Shown: positions 39,023 through 50,722, numbered from the whole stretch's first letter. The stretch is 63,190 nt of DNA, filler included, from Albugo candida (GCA_040437565.1; 46 parts of 46 records of this genome joined end to end with filler, not necessarily neighbours in it); one strand, 5' to 3'. Program-made: numbers and translations. Notes: generated by a model not told the origin, from the letters alone.

Positions 39023-39324
39023 GAGTGTCGACCATATTTCTAGCAGTTGCGTGTAGGGGGGTTTGGGGGGCTCGCCCCCCAAGAACAATTCAAGCAGTTG
39101 AATGACGACTGTATTTCTGGCAGTTGAGTGAAGATTGTATTTTGAAATTAAACGTGCAGTATTTATAAGCCGATTGCCTTTTATATTTTTTTTTCACGTT
39201 TCGAATTTATTTTCACCCCTTTCTCTTTCGAATATTTTTTTAACCTGAATTAAATACTATTAAGTGAGAACCTATAGCCAATAAACAACTTGAAAAAAAT
39301 AAAACTAACTAATTCTATTTAAAG

Positions 39325-40228
39325 ATGCCAGCACAAAGAATATCATCAAGAGTTTGTCGCGATTGTAACCAATCAGGACATGCAAGCCGTAGAAGTAGAC
39401 CTTGCACCTTAAGAGTGGAATTATTGTGTGGATCGTGTGGTAGATCAGGTCATGCAACTTCAAGATCGCAACATTGTGAAAACTATGCTGCCAACAGTCG
39501 TAATGCCGAAGTAGAAAGTGAACAAGTCGAGGAATTTGAACCAATTGTGGAAACTGAAGATGGAGATGTAGTAATGGAAGATCTTACCTTGAATATTGCG
39601 AAATATTCTAATAGACTTCCGACAGAAAGAGATGATAAAGGGCGTATGTGTGAAGTGTGTGCTGAGTGTGGATCAAATATGTGGTTGAGTGAGAGAGTTA
39701 TTCGATCCTCTAAGAGAAACCCTGTTTTTCATTTATGCTGCAATAAAGGCAACGTTTCCCTTGCTCCTTTAATGCCGACTCCACCTTTAATTGCACGATT
39801 ATTAACTGAGAAATCACCTGTTGCTGAGGAATTTAAAAAACATATCCGTTCTTACAACAGTGCATTGAGTTTCAGTTCAATGGGTGTAAACCTTGACCAA
39901 AGATATGCAAATTCACGTACTGGCAGTTATACGTTTCGTATTCAAGGCAGTGTCTATCATCGCATTGGTGGTATAAATCCTGAAGCAGGTGAAACACCTA
40001 AATTTGCACAAATTTACGTCTACGATGCTGAAAACGAACTTGAAAATCGTCACAGTGCTGTTTCTCATATTTGTAAAGAAACTTTATTGACACTTCAAAA
40101 TTTAATGCACCAAGTAAATCCTTTCGTGCAACATTTTAAAAATATGTCTGAAATTGTAGCAACCCAAACCCAACAAAACAATGAGGATGGTATTGAATCA
40201 TTACCAGAAATAAAAATGGTTTTCAGAG
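39325..40228 (+). mobile_element. Helitron Rep/helicase N-terminal region (partial)
   Basis: Two CxxC..GH..C knuckles; CAECGS.MW..ER..CCNKG; YNSALSFSSMG; FRIQGSVYHRIG; PKFAQIYVYD. Confidence 0.93.
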
Positions 40229-42189
40229 NNNNNNNNNNNNNNNNNNNNNNNNNNNNNNNNNNNNNNNNNNNNTTAATTAATTAANNNNNNNNNNNNNNNN
40301 NNNNNNNNNNNNNNNNNNNNNNNNNNNNGACACTTTCAAACGTCTCCGTATCATTCAGATAAGATATAGCTGGTAGTTTGACCTTATTTGGAGAACGCTT
40401 GATCGCTTCCGACATTTCGGTCGAACCTAAGCGACTTGAGAGACAGTGTTGCTCTTGTGACGAAAGGGAAACTTGAATCGAATCACGTATCTTTTTACAT
40501 TTTATTCACATGGATTATTTGATTCGGTATAGGCGCTATAGATAGAGCCCATGACATCACTTTAATGATCCCTAGAAACAGCAGTATTTATCTTCCGGCT
40601 CAATAGCATAGTGCCACATTGTTTAGTCAGATTTTTCGATCGGCACGCGGCCAGAAGAACTGTTCGGAAGGCAGAATATATGCTTGGAAAAGTTCTCTTG
40701 ATGCTTCACGAGATGAGCGCAACCCTGATTTTGGTTTTATTTGATATTCTTTTCGATTGAAATTCAGTAATGTTTGAGACACTTTTTGAAAAATGTCGTG
40801 ACTGATTGGTGTCTTGCGTGCGATGTACAGCTGCTACGGCTTCCAAAACTAGCTTTCTACACTAAAGAGCACGCCGCCTATCTTGTGCGACATTTTTATT
40901 AACTAATTGTAGCGGTCTATTGATTTCCTTCTTCCAACTTTCCAACATTTTAACATGGACGGTGATAAGAGAATCATAAACGATTCCAAGGTCCAGCCAT
41001 AGATGCCAAAGACAAAACACAAGACTACAAAACGCACCGATAAACGTCTGTGAATGCTTTCATTCACGAGATGAGTAATGAGATCGGTCTATAGTTACTA
41101 GGATCAATTTGTGATCATTCATGTACGACAATGTGAAGGATGAGTGATGTTGTGCGCGAAGTAAGATACCGCTTTCCTGATGAAATTCAACCACGATCTT
41201 CATCTACTCGCCGGAAGCTGATAAAAGGCATCTGGTAGTTCATCTATATCTAGAGACGAACTACTTTGCATGTGTTTGATAGCTTCCGCGATCTCGGTCG
41301 TACTGAAGCAAGTTGAGTGATTCTCTTGCTCTTGTGACGCAAGGGAAACTTAAATCGAATCTAATAGTTTTGTCACTTCTTTATCGATCCATGATTATTT
41401 TTAGACGCTGGTTGGGGTATTCTTTTCATATATATTTGACGATGACTCTACGCTACTGTGGTCAAAGCGGGCACCGTCGTCTCAGTTTTGTCCTAGTATC
41501 AGTTTTTTGATCCAAATAGCACATGAACACACTTGAAGCGTATTGGAGGTCTATTTCACGAGGAAGAGAGTAGTTTTTGTGTAAAATCTCGGTANNNNNN
41601 NNNNNNNNNNNNNNNNNNNNNNNNNNNNNNNNNNNNNNTTAATTAATTAANNNNNNNNNNNNNNNNNNNNNNNNNNNNNNNNNNNNNNNNNNNNCGCTCT
41701 CCCGAATAACCATACTTTAATCAGCTTTGGCCAAGCGTTTCCCACAAATGGTCTACTTGTTAGAAACTTAACTTTATTACAAGCACTTAGAGTTCTATCT
41801 CAGTCTGATCCCTTGCCCTCACGTCCTCTAATGAAGTCAATCTATGATCTCTACATAACATTGACTGGCATCTTGCCAGAGAGTTTCACTTGGTCGATAT
41901 TTTGTACTTGAACAAATTTACATACATCATGCCATAGCAAAGTCGTTATTCCATGGCAGACCTTGAACCTAAGACACGACTTCACAAAAACTCAATATAT
42001 GTAGGTCCCATCACATTTAGAGCACACTCTAGAATACTGCGTATAATATTGTGTGACGCTGCCAAATTGCTACTTTGTTACATAAATCAAGTGAGAAAGA
42101 CAGCGCATTGTCGTGCTCAAAATGCCCGATGGCTTCTTCATTGCTCAATTCCATTAATGTCTGATCAGCTTGTTCTACTAAAAGCGAAA

Positions 42190-42870
42190 CTCTATACTCT
42201 TGCTAAACCAGAGTATCTCATTTGACGCCTGCTGCTCTGTGCTGATACCATTTCCAGTGGATGTGTAGCGAATTGCGACGATCGATGATGTACCATAGAT
42301 GCCTTCATTAATACCTGGAAAGTTCGATGCGTCGCTGATTTCCGTCCAGGACATTCTTTTGTTCCAAGCAAAAAGTCAAACTTGATCGAAGATACTTTTG
42401 TGTCCCACAAAAGTAGATTTTCTCGATTTGCATTGTTAAGCGCCCAATGCATCAATCTATGCCGACACCGAGACAAGCACTTTTAATATTTGCGTCAATC
42501 AAGCTTTACACTTCTGTGTTCTCTAAGGCGGTTTTGGTAAAAAATTGAAGTAGAAATGGAGACTACAGCTTCTTTGAGATTTCGTTCGCTGCTTCTAAGT
42601 TGACTCCGTGAGTTGCTGATCGCTGATCGAACAAACGACGATTCCGATGACATTCGATGATTCCAACTCAATCGAGTGAAATGGCTCGATATTTGGCGTT
42701 CTTTTCGCAATTTGCTTCAATTTGGGACAGAACCACAAATTTCTCTTTCTACAAGCTTTTCAGTGGTGTGTCTGTCATCAGGAATCTTACATTGGTGGAC
42801 TTCCTTCTTCTTTTTGCTGGTTGCCTTAGTCGGTTTGATGTCGACAGATTGATCCTCGGTCAGTAGCCAG
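42190..42870 (-). pseudogene. Possible decayed RecQ-like (telomere-linked) helicase
   Basis: Weak ordered motifs FVVLSQ, SFVRS, SACLGVGID (about 42455-42481, cf. motif V xGMGID) and SRRQMRY (cf. CRR); many stops. Confidence 0.25.
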
Positions 42871-42919
42871 GAGATGATATGATCTGTGCGTGTTAAGATT
42901 GAAGATTAAAGATAGCAGG

Positions 42920-42959
42920 TTTAAGGGTTTAAGGGTTTAAGGGTTTAAGGGTTTAAGGG
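42920..42959 (+). repeat. Telomere-like array (TTTAAGGG)x5 at contig end
   Basis: Five perfect 8-mers with the G-rich strand running 5'->3' into the contig end. Confidence 0.8.
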
Positions 42960-43544
42960 NNNNNNNNNNNNNNNNNNNNNNNNNNNNNNNNNNNNNNNNN
43001 NNNTTAATTAATTAANNNNNNNNNNNNNNNNNNNNNNNNNNNNNNNNNNNNNNNNNNNNCAAACAGACTTGTTAGTGATTTTCATATATTAGTCATGAAC
43101 CCTGCAACTATTCCAAGCAGAATTCAACAAGAAGTCAACTGGCTCTCCAACAATACATTAATTAACCAATTTTTATTCTTTGATGAAAATTAAATATAAG
43201 CAAGTAACTGTTGTTTGTTTTTCTCTCCCTTCTTTTTTTTTTTTTTTCGTTTCATCAAAATATATAATGATGAAGGAGAGGTTTTCTTCATGATGTTGTT
43301 AGCGTTTGGGCTCGTGATAAATGTTGTGAAATATCGGATTATGCCAAAAAAGGGGCACCTTGGTACGGTTGATGAGGTGACGGTTAATTATAATTTGTAA
43401 TACACTTAGCCAATGGTAGGGAAAGGATAATTGAAAGTCTACTTTATCCGAAACCTTTGATTTATATAAATCTCACCATTGCAGTCCATTGAGTGCGTCT
43501 TTTAATCATATATTCACAACAAAACAATATTAATCAGTATAATA

Positions 43545-44183
43545 ATGAAATTATTTATCTTTGGAGGAACTAGTCCTACAGGACAAGAGATGATCAAGAA
43601 GGCTCTTGCACAAAATCATACTGTAGTTGCCTATGTCAGATCACCGCAAAAGCTCGATCAAGACATCGCTTCAAAAATCACAGTAGTTCAAGGCGAACTG
43701 ACAGATGAAGCAGCTATTTTACAAGCCTTAGAAGGAGTTGATGCCGTGTTGTCCTGTCTCGGCCCTAGAATAATAGGTAATCCAAAAGGATTGCCCATTA
43801 CCAATGGCTACAAACTTATTGTTAAATGTATGGAACAAAAAGGTGTTAAACGTATTATCGCCACTGCAACTCCTAGTTTTGCAGATAAAGAAAATGATAA
43901 ATCTGCTATGTTTTCTTCCTTTTTAGTAGGTATGATCAAAACATTTGTCCCGCAGGCTTATTCAGAAATGAATGGCATTGGAGAGACTTTAACAAACTCT
44001 GATCTTGATTGGACTATTGTCAGATTGTATATTCTTACCAACGGTAAAGAAGGAGTTGTCAAAACTGCCTATGTAGGTGATGCAGGTTACTTTATTGCTC
44101 GTAAAGATATTGCTCAGTTTATCTTGAATGAAGTTGAACAAAACCAATATATCAAAAAATCCCCTATCATTTACTCTACCTAG
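43545..44183 (+). CDS. NAD(P)H-binding atypical SDR (flavin reductase/BVR-B-like)
   Basis: Complete intronless ORF; IFGGTSPTG, VAYVRSPQKL, GVDAVLSCLG, SDLDWTIVR, IARKDIAQF. Confidence 0.93.
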   Translation: MKLFIFGGTSPTGQEMIKKALAQNHTVVAYVRSPQKLDQDIASKITVVQGELTDEAAILQALEGVDAVLSCLGPRIIGNPKGLPITNGYKLIVKCMEQKGVKRIIATATPSFADKENDKSAMFSSFLVGMIKTFVPQAYSEMNGIGETLTNSDLDWTIVRLYILTNGKEGVVKTAYVGDAGYFIARKDIAQFILNEVEQNQYIKKSPIIYST

Positions 44184-44580
44184 TTAGCCTTGTCGTCTTG
44201 CTAATTTTAGCTTAATAATTTCTCATTTTCGTAAAGTAGTAAATATCGTAAATAAACTAGCTAATATTCTTATCATTCTTAATCTCTTGTTGAAATGAGG
44301 GAGGAAGTTCAAAAGTATTTATNNNNNNNNNNNNNNNNNNNNNNNNNNNNNNNNNNNNNNNNNNNNTTAATTAATTAANNNNNNNNNNNNNNNNNNNNNN
44401 NNNNNNNNNNNNNNNNNNNNNNGTTGATCTTGTACGACAATCTCTAATTTATTACAAGTAACCCAGAAAAATAAAAAAAAGTTTAAATAGTGATCTTCTT
44501 TTTTTTTTTCGCGCAGTAGTAAATCATTTCACTCCTCTTTTTTTCTTCTCAGATTCATTCTTTTATTCTAGAAGAATAAA

Positions 44581-45684
44581 ATGGTAAAAAAAAGGACGTT
44601 GATAAAAACTATTCTTTTGATCTGACATTTTATTTGTAGAACAACCAAAGCAGTAATTATCAATATACTTACAAGACAGAGGATATTCCTTTGGGCAAAG
44701 TAGATACATTTGACGACGAACAACAACAAAAAGCCTACTATACAGAAAACAATAAACGAGAAAGCGTATATCAAGTCAAGCAAAGTAAATTTTCCTTGTT
44801 TGTTCAACCTCTGTTCAGTGTGATTCTCGCCATCTTTTTTTCTATTGCACTTTTGCTTTTATTTCTTCATGCAGATGGAAAACCTTTGGATTATACTATT
44901 ATTGGAATGAAAATACCTTCACTTGTCTCGCTTTTATTAAGTATCAATGTCATTTTTGTAGCCAGTGGTATATCAAAGTAAAGCATGACGAGACAAAACA
45001 AAAAGTTTCTATTGTTGTACTCACTCTAATCTATTATAGAGCTGTTGCTGAATTTAAATGGGTCAAATTACAACAAGGTGCTCCATTAACCATCATTGAT
45101 ATTTATGATGCATGTACTCGAGGTCTCTCAGGATTTCTCATCACACTGCGTGCCTTACAATTTGATCTTGTCTTGATTATTGCTCTTTTATTCCACCTTG
45201 GTTTACTCGTCGTAAGTCCTGCATCACAAGCTGTGCTTGTCCCCATCCAACGCTCTTACAACAAAACCGGTATATCCACACAATTTTATTATTATAAACC
45301 AAATGAGTCTCTTGGTCGAACTAAATTAGGAGCGACCGGCATGCCTCCTTATTTAAACGGACTGGGTAAAAATGCGTACTTGACAGCCTTAAGTTTTGCT
45401 CAAGCAGCTGTTGGATCCAAATCCGTCCCTAATTTTTTATGTCCAAGCGATGCTACCTATTGCTTATTCAATAACGTGAGTTTTATCAGTACCGCCATGA
45501 CATGTCAACCCTTAACAGAAAATGATAAAGCGTTGGTGTATTATAATAATACGAATTTTGTGGTGGTCTTAAAAGAATATTTTACTACGGAAAATGTGAC
45601 ACGAGGAAGTACTGTAGGTGAATTTCCTAAATTTCTTTACTCGACAGAGATGTTGAATCGTACTTCGTATGATTTGGATAATTA
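44581..45684 (+). CDS. DUF3176-like fungal membrane protein (3' partial, two introns)
   Basis: ATG, intron 44584-44639, exon 2, intron 44978-45039, then KAVAEFKWV..IDIYDACTRG; three hydrophobic segments. Confidence 0.7.
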
Positions 45685-45794
45685 NNNNNNNNNNNNNNNN
45701 NNNNNNNNNNNNNNNNNNNNNNNNNNNNTTAATTAATTAANNNNNNNNNNNNNNNNNNNNNNNNNNNNNNNNNNNNNNNNNNNNCAGAATAATT

Positions 45795-45830
45795 TACAGG
45801 GTCAACGGTACTTTTTTCTCATCCCCCAAA
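45795..45830 (+). mobile_element. Possible Tc1/mariner-type left terminus
   Basis: TA|CAGGGTC start near the contig edge; no partner TIR in the contig. Confidence 0.25.
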
Positions 45831-47540
45831 ATTTTTTATTTTTTTCTCTGTAGTCTACCTTCGTATAATGTTGAAAATGTTACAATCTGTCAAGTAAACT
45901 AAACAAGAACTGTAAATATATTGTAAAGATAGTATAAAAGTATGTTGTAGTAATATTTTGGTTCTTATATAGGTCGAATTCGCAAAGTTATGGCCCTTAA
46001 AATTTTTTGAATTAACGTAATTACATGGGAGAACTATTGCCATTTTTTTTCTAATTTCAATGCACATTTCATGTGCTTTTTTCCCCTCTTTCTCCTTTCT
46101 CTATTGATATTCTATTGTTTAACAGTTGCCCTGTTGTACTGGTAAGTGAATAACTATTTTTTTAACTAATTACTCGAGATTATGGCTTCGACCGTAGTCT
46201 ACGGTACAACGCTCGATCGCTGTCTACGGTGCAACGCTGTACAGGTATCGGCGTTACAACGGTGAACCTCCGTAGGCGGTATAATGCTTACTAAATTTTT
46301 CATTAACTTAATATAATAACCAATAAATGTTAAATACTTTTTAAATACTTTTTAAATACTATAACTCTTTTCATAAACTGATATATACTATTGTTTAATG
46401 TAACCTATACATGCTATTTATAATTTTATCTATACAGAGAGTTACTATGAAGCAACCCTAACCCTAATTTTTTAAGTGTGCTTGTAAGTCCGCTGCTTGA
46501 GCAAAATAAAATTCAACGACTTGATCTTATAAGAAAAGCATTGCATACTTTTTTTGTTTTCTATAAATGTTATTTCTAATGTAAAAGAGAACAATGTTAT
46601 ATACGCTGATATCATATTAATTAATTCATGTTGCATTACGACGTTTTACAAATGAAATTTCAGCGCAGACTCTATATCCTAGAAGTATTGAATCATTAAG
46701 CATAATTAGTAGAGCAACGCTAAAAATATCAGCTATTCAAATATATCAACTAGAGCATTGTTGCTACCTATACAGTTAATTTTAACAACTAGAGATGGTT
46801 GGACGTGCGTCTTTTCGGCTAAGTAAGTTTGTTATTGCTCTAAAATGAGTTTTTTTTAATCGTTAAATTGCAATTGAACTAGAACTGTCAACTAAACCAT
46901 TGCTGAAAATGTTACGTACCGTTTTCAAATACAAAGATACATTAGAAAAGTGGTTTTTTAGAAAAAAAAAGATATAGTTATTAGTTTTTAAAAATATTTG
47001 ATCAAGATCTATACGAAATTTATTTCAATATTATGTTAACATGTCNNNNNNNNNNNNNNNNNNNNNNNNNNNNNNNNNNNNNNNNNNNNTTAATTAATTA
47101 ANNNNNNNNNNNNNNNNNNNNNNNNNNNNNNNNNNNNNNNNNNNNTTTTATTTTAGTAAACTCGCACATGATGTTTTAACATCTTCTTAAAATGATGGCA
47201 TATAAAATAACAATAAGAGGAAGAGCTAATACAAGGTAATGTGCAGCCTTAGACCACCGATGTTGCTCATTCAAAATATTGTGAGGAGGAAAAAAAAGGC
47301 AATTAGAAAATAATATTGTTATGCGATTGGAAGAAAAAGCATACGATCAAGTCATTCATTATAGGAAAGAAGCGTTTTAAATTGATTTATGTAATAATAA
47401 GCATTATGCTACCTATTTACTTTTTATTCTTATGGTGAGATCGTCACAAAACAAAAGGTAATCTCTACATTGAGCTAAAACTATGCAGCATTTAAACGTG
47501 TGCTTCATATTTATTTTATTCTGCAGTCACATATTTTTAA

Positions 47541-48060
47541 CAGTTGAGTGATGACTATATTTCTAGCAGTTGAGTAGAGGGAGGTCTGGGGGCTCGCCCC
47601 AAGAGCAGTTTAAGCAGTTGAACGACGACCGTATTTCTAGCAGTTGAACGACGATCGTATTTGTAGCAGTTAAACGATGACCGTATTTCTAGCAGTTGAA
47701 TGGCAACCATATTTTGAGCTGTAAATTGATCACGTAATGTAACCCGATTTGCTTTTATATTTTTTTTCACGCTTCACATTTATTTTTAATTTATAAAAAA
47801 AGTTACCGATTTATTTTAACTTGTTACTCTTGTTTAAACACTACCAAAATTTATAATTAAAATGCCTAGAACACCTAGAATTATGACAGAAGCCAACATT
47901 AATTTGAGACGTGAAAGATGAGAGATTATCAGAGAGAAAGACGTGCACGTATTTGAGCCGAACAGGGTTATATCGAAGGTGTAGAGCTTACAGAGGAGGA
48001 GCATAGAATCTATATGAGAGATTATATGGCTGAAAGACGAGCAGATTTACCACTGTAATA
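47541..48060 (+). mobile_element. Helitron-like upstream module with 26-bp tandem repeats and a decayed basic ORF
   Basis: Homologous to 39033-39215; GCAGTTGAACGACGACCGTATTTCTA units at 47614, 47640, 47666 and 47692; MPRTPR.. ORF with stops from 47862. Confidence 0.6.
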
Positions 48061-48505
48061 TCAGATATCAAATATAATGAAAGAATATAGTGATTTGATC
48101 AAATAGCAAAACGGGGGCAGAACTTTATTAATTTTATTGTGCCTTTTATATGTAATATCTAACTAGTGCATGAATCACCTCGGTGAATATATTATATCGT
48201 TAAACAAGATCAATTATATGTTTCTTGTATTGTGAATCCGGTAGCGGGAAATTAATAATTAATTAATTATGCAAATTGCTAGCTTAGATATAACAACCAC
48301 AATTAAGACAAAATTAAAGCTGCAAATTGTAGAATCAGCAGAATGGAGAGAATTGAAAACGATAGTAGCTTCTTAGAAAATAAAGCTGGTCAATCTAGAT
48401 CCAACNNNNNNNNNNNNNNNNNNNNNNNNNNNNNNNNNNNNNNNNNNNNTTAATTAATTAANNNNNNNNNNNNNNNNNNNNNNNNNNNNNNNNNNNNNNN
48501 NNNNN

Positions 48506-49764
48506 ACCATTTCACGGTTTCCTCTGCTGTTCAATTTGATATTGTCCAAAATGATTACTCCAAGTGACAATCTGGTCAGGCATCTCCAGCAATCCTGTAA
48601 TGAAAGCCTAGATTCAGCAAACCCGACTATTTGATAGCATTGCGATTGTATAGAAAGAGCTTCAGCTACGGATTGAAAATGGGATTTAAGCGATGGGTGA
48701 ATATATGAAAGCCTTTCTTCAATTGAAAGTGTGCTCATTTTTTGATGGAACGGTGGCGTTCTTCTAGAACGATGCGCTTCTGACGACATCTCATCCTTGA
48801 ATGAGTTGCATTGGTCATTAGCATAAATGAATGTTGGATAATTGCAAATTTCTGTGTCTTGGCATTTCTCTACACGTTATCATATTGAAATCTGCGATTG
48901 CGAACAGGTAGAAGACCATTTCACGGTTTCCTCTGCTGTTCAATTTGATATTGTCCAAAATGATTACTCCAAGTGACAATCTGGTCAGGCATCTCCAGCA
49001 ATCCTGTAATGAAAGCCTAGATTCAGCAAACCCGACTATTTGATAGCATTGCGATTGTATAGAAAGAGCTTCAGCTACGGATTGAAAATGGGATTCAAGC
49101 GATGGGTGAATATATGTAAGCCTTTCTTCAATTGAAAGTGTGCTCATTTTTTGATTGAACGGTGGCGTTTTTCTAGAACGATGCGCTTTTGACGACATCT
49201 CATCCTTGAATGAGTTCGCAATGCTATCAAATAGTCGGGTTTGCTGAATCTAGGCTTTCATTACAGGATTGCTGGAGATGCCTGACCAGATTGTCACTTG
49301 GAGTAATCATTTTGGACAATATCAAATTGAACAGCAGAGGAAACCGTGAAATGGTCTTCTACCTGTTCGCAATCGCAGATTTCAATATGATAACGTGTAG
49401 AGAAATGCCAAGACACAGAAATTTGCAATTATCCAACATTCATTTATGCTAATGACCAATGCAACTCATTCAAGGATGAGATGTCGTCAGAAGCGCATCG
49501 TTCTAGAAGAACGCCACCGTTCCATCAAAAAATGAGCACACTTTCAATTGAAGAAAGGCTTTCATATATTCACCCATCGCTTAAATCCCATTTTCAATCC
49601 GTAGCTGAAGCTCTTTCTATACAATCGCAATGCTATCAAATAGTCGGGTTTGCTGAATCTAGGCTTTCATTACAGGATTGCTGGAGATGCCTGACCAGAT
49701 TGTCACTTGGAGTAATCATTTTGGACAATATCAAATTGAACAGCAGAGGAAACCGTGAAATGGT
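48506..49764. repeat. Fold-back of a 409-bp tandem array: 549-bp inverted arms with a 161-bp spacer
   Basis: 48506-49054 is the reverse complement of 49216-49764; unit period 409 (48506/48915 and 49216/49625). Confidence 0.95.
48818..49198 (-). CDS. 126-aa ORF filling one repeat unit, with a CxxC(x6)G motif
   Basis: QDCWRCLTRLSLGVIIL...YLFAIADFNMITC; the ORF spans 381 of the 409 bp; no signal peptide. Confidence 0.4.
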   Translation of the reverse strand: MSSKAHRSRKTPPFNQKMSTLSIEERLTYIHPSLESHFQSVAEALSIQSQCYQIVGFAESRLSLQDCWRCLTRLSLGVIILDNIKLNSRGNREMVFYLFAIADFNMITCREMPRHRNLQLSNIHLC

Positions 49765-49864
49765 NNNNNNNNNNNNNNNNNNNNNNNNNNNNNNNNNNNN
49801 NNNNNNNNTTAATTAATTAANNNNNNNNNNNNNNNNNNNNNNNNNNNNNNNNNNNNNNNNNNNN

Positions 49865-50722
49865 GAAGTATTATTTTTGAAAAATAATATGCGTGTTCAA
49901 GGATCCTCTCCCGTTAGCGAAGATTTCAAAGCATGGTTAAACAAGATTACATATGATAATTCATACCGCGATCAAGTTTACCTTCCTGAATACATTTACC
50001 GCACTCATTCTTTAAATTCTCTTATTTCAAGAGTTTATCCTCAAGATGTCCTCTCCAATCCTTCCCTTTTAAACAAATCCGTCATCCTAACAACGCACAA
50101 CGATACGGTTGACTCAATTAACCAAGTAGTATTAGATCTGATGCCAGGTGAAGCTGAGGTATTGAATTCTGCCGATGAAGCTGATTTTAGTAGAGAAAGC
50201 AAAAACGAAAATGAATTGTTTCAAGCATCGACTGAATATCTAGCCACTCTAAATCCAAGTAATCTTCCACCTTCAAAACTAACGTTAAAAGTTGGTTGTA
50301 TCGTTATGTTGCTTAGAAATTTAAATCCTCAGCGTGGATTATGCAATGGTACTCGGCTGATTGTAAGGGAAATTGGTAATTATGTGTTGAAGGTTGTTAA
50401 AGTACGAAGTGATGGAACATGCAATGACGATGATGTAGAGCTTATTCCAAGGATAACTTTGACTACGCTTGAAGAGGACCTTCCTTTTGTTCTAATTAAA
50501 AAAAAACAATTTCCTGTGAAATTAAGTTTTGCTATGACGATTAATAAATCTCAAGGACAATCTCTTCAAGTGGTAGGCATCGATTTGAGGTCTCAAGTCT
50601 TTACACATGGTCAATTGTATGTTGCATTCTCTAGATGTACTAATCCTGAAACCATTTTTGTTTTAAAAGAATCCCATTCCAGTCAAATCAACAATGTCAT
50701 TTATCCCGAATTGCTTTTGTAA
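49865..50722 (+). mobile_element. Helitron PIF1-family helicase C-terminus
   Basis: LKNNMR, LPPSKLTLKVG..MLLRNL..GLCNGTRL, QFPVKLSFAMTINKSQGQSL, FTHGQLYVAFSR. Confidence 0.95.

Noticed and set aside
46454-46467. AACCCTAACCCTAA as a telomere
   Set aside because: Only two units and internal to the contig.
48780-48815. CTGACGA plus hairpin in the 409-bp unit as a hammerhead ribozyme
   Set aside because: No GAAA follows the hairpin, and the core is mutated in the second unit.
39325-50722. Helitron N-terminus and PIF1 C-terminus as one 11-kb element carrying cargo genes
   Set aside because: They lie on separate contigs ordered only by length; there is no evidence of linkage.
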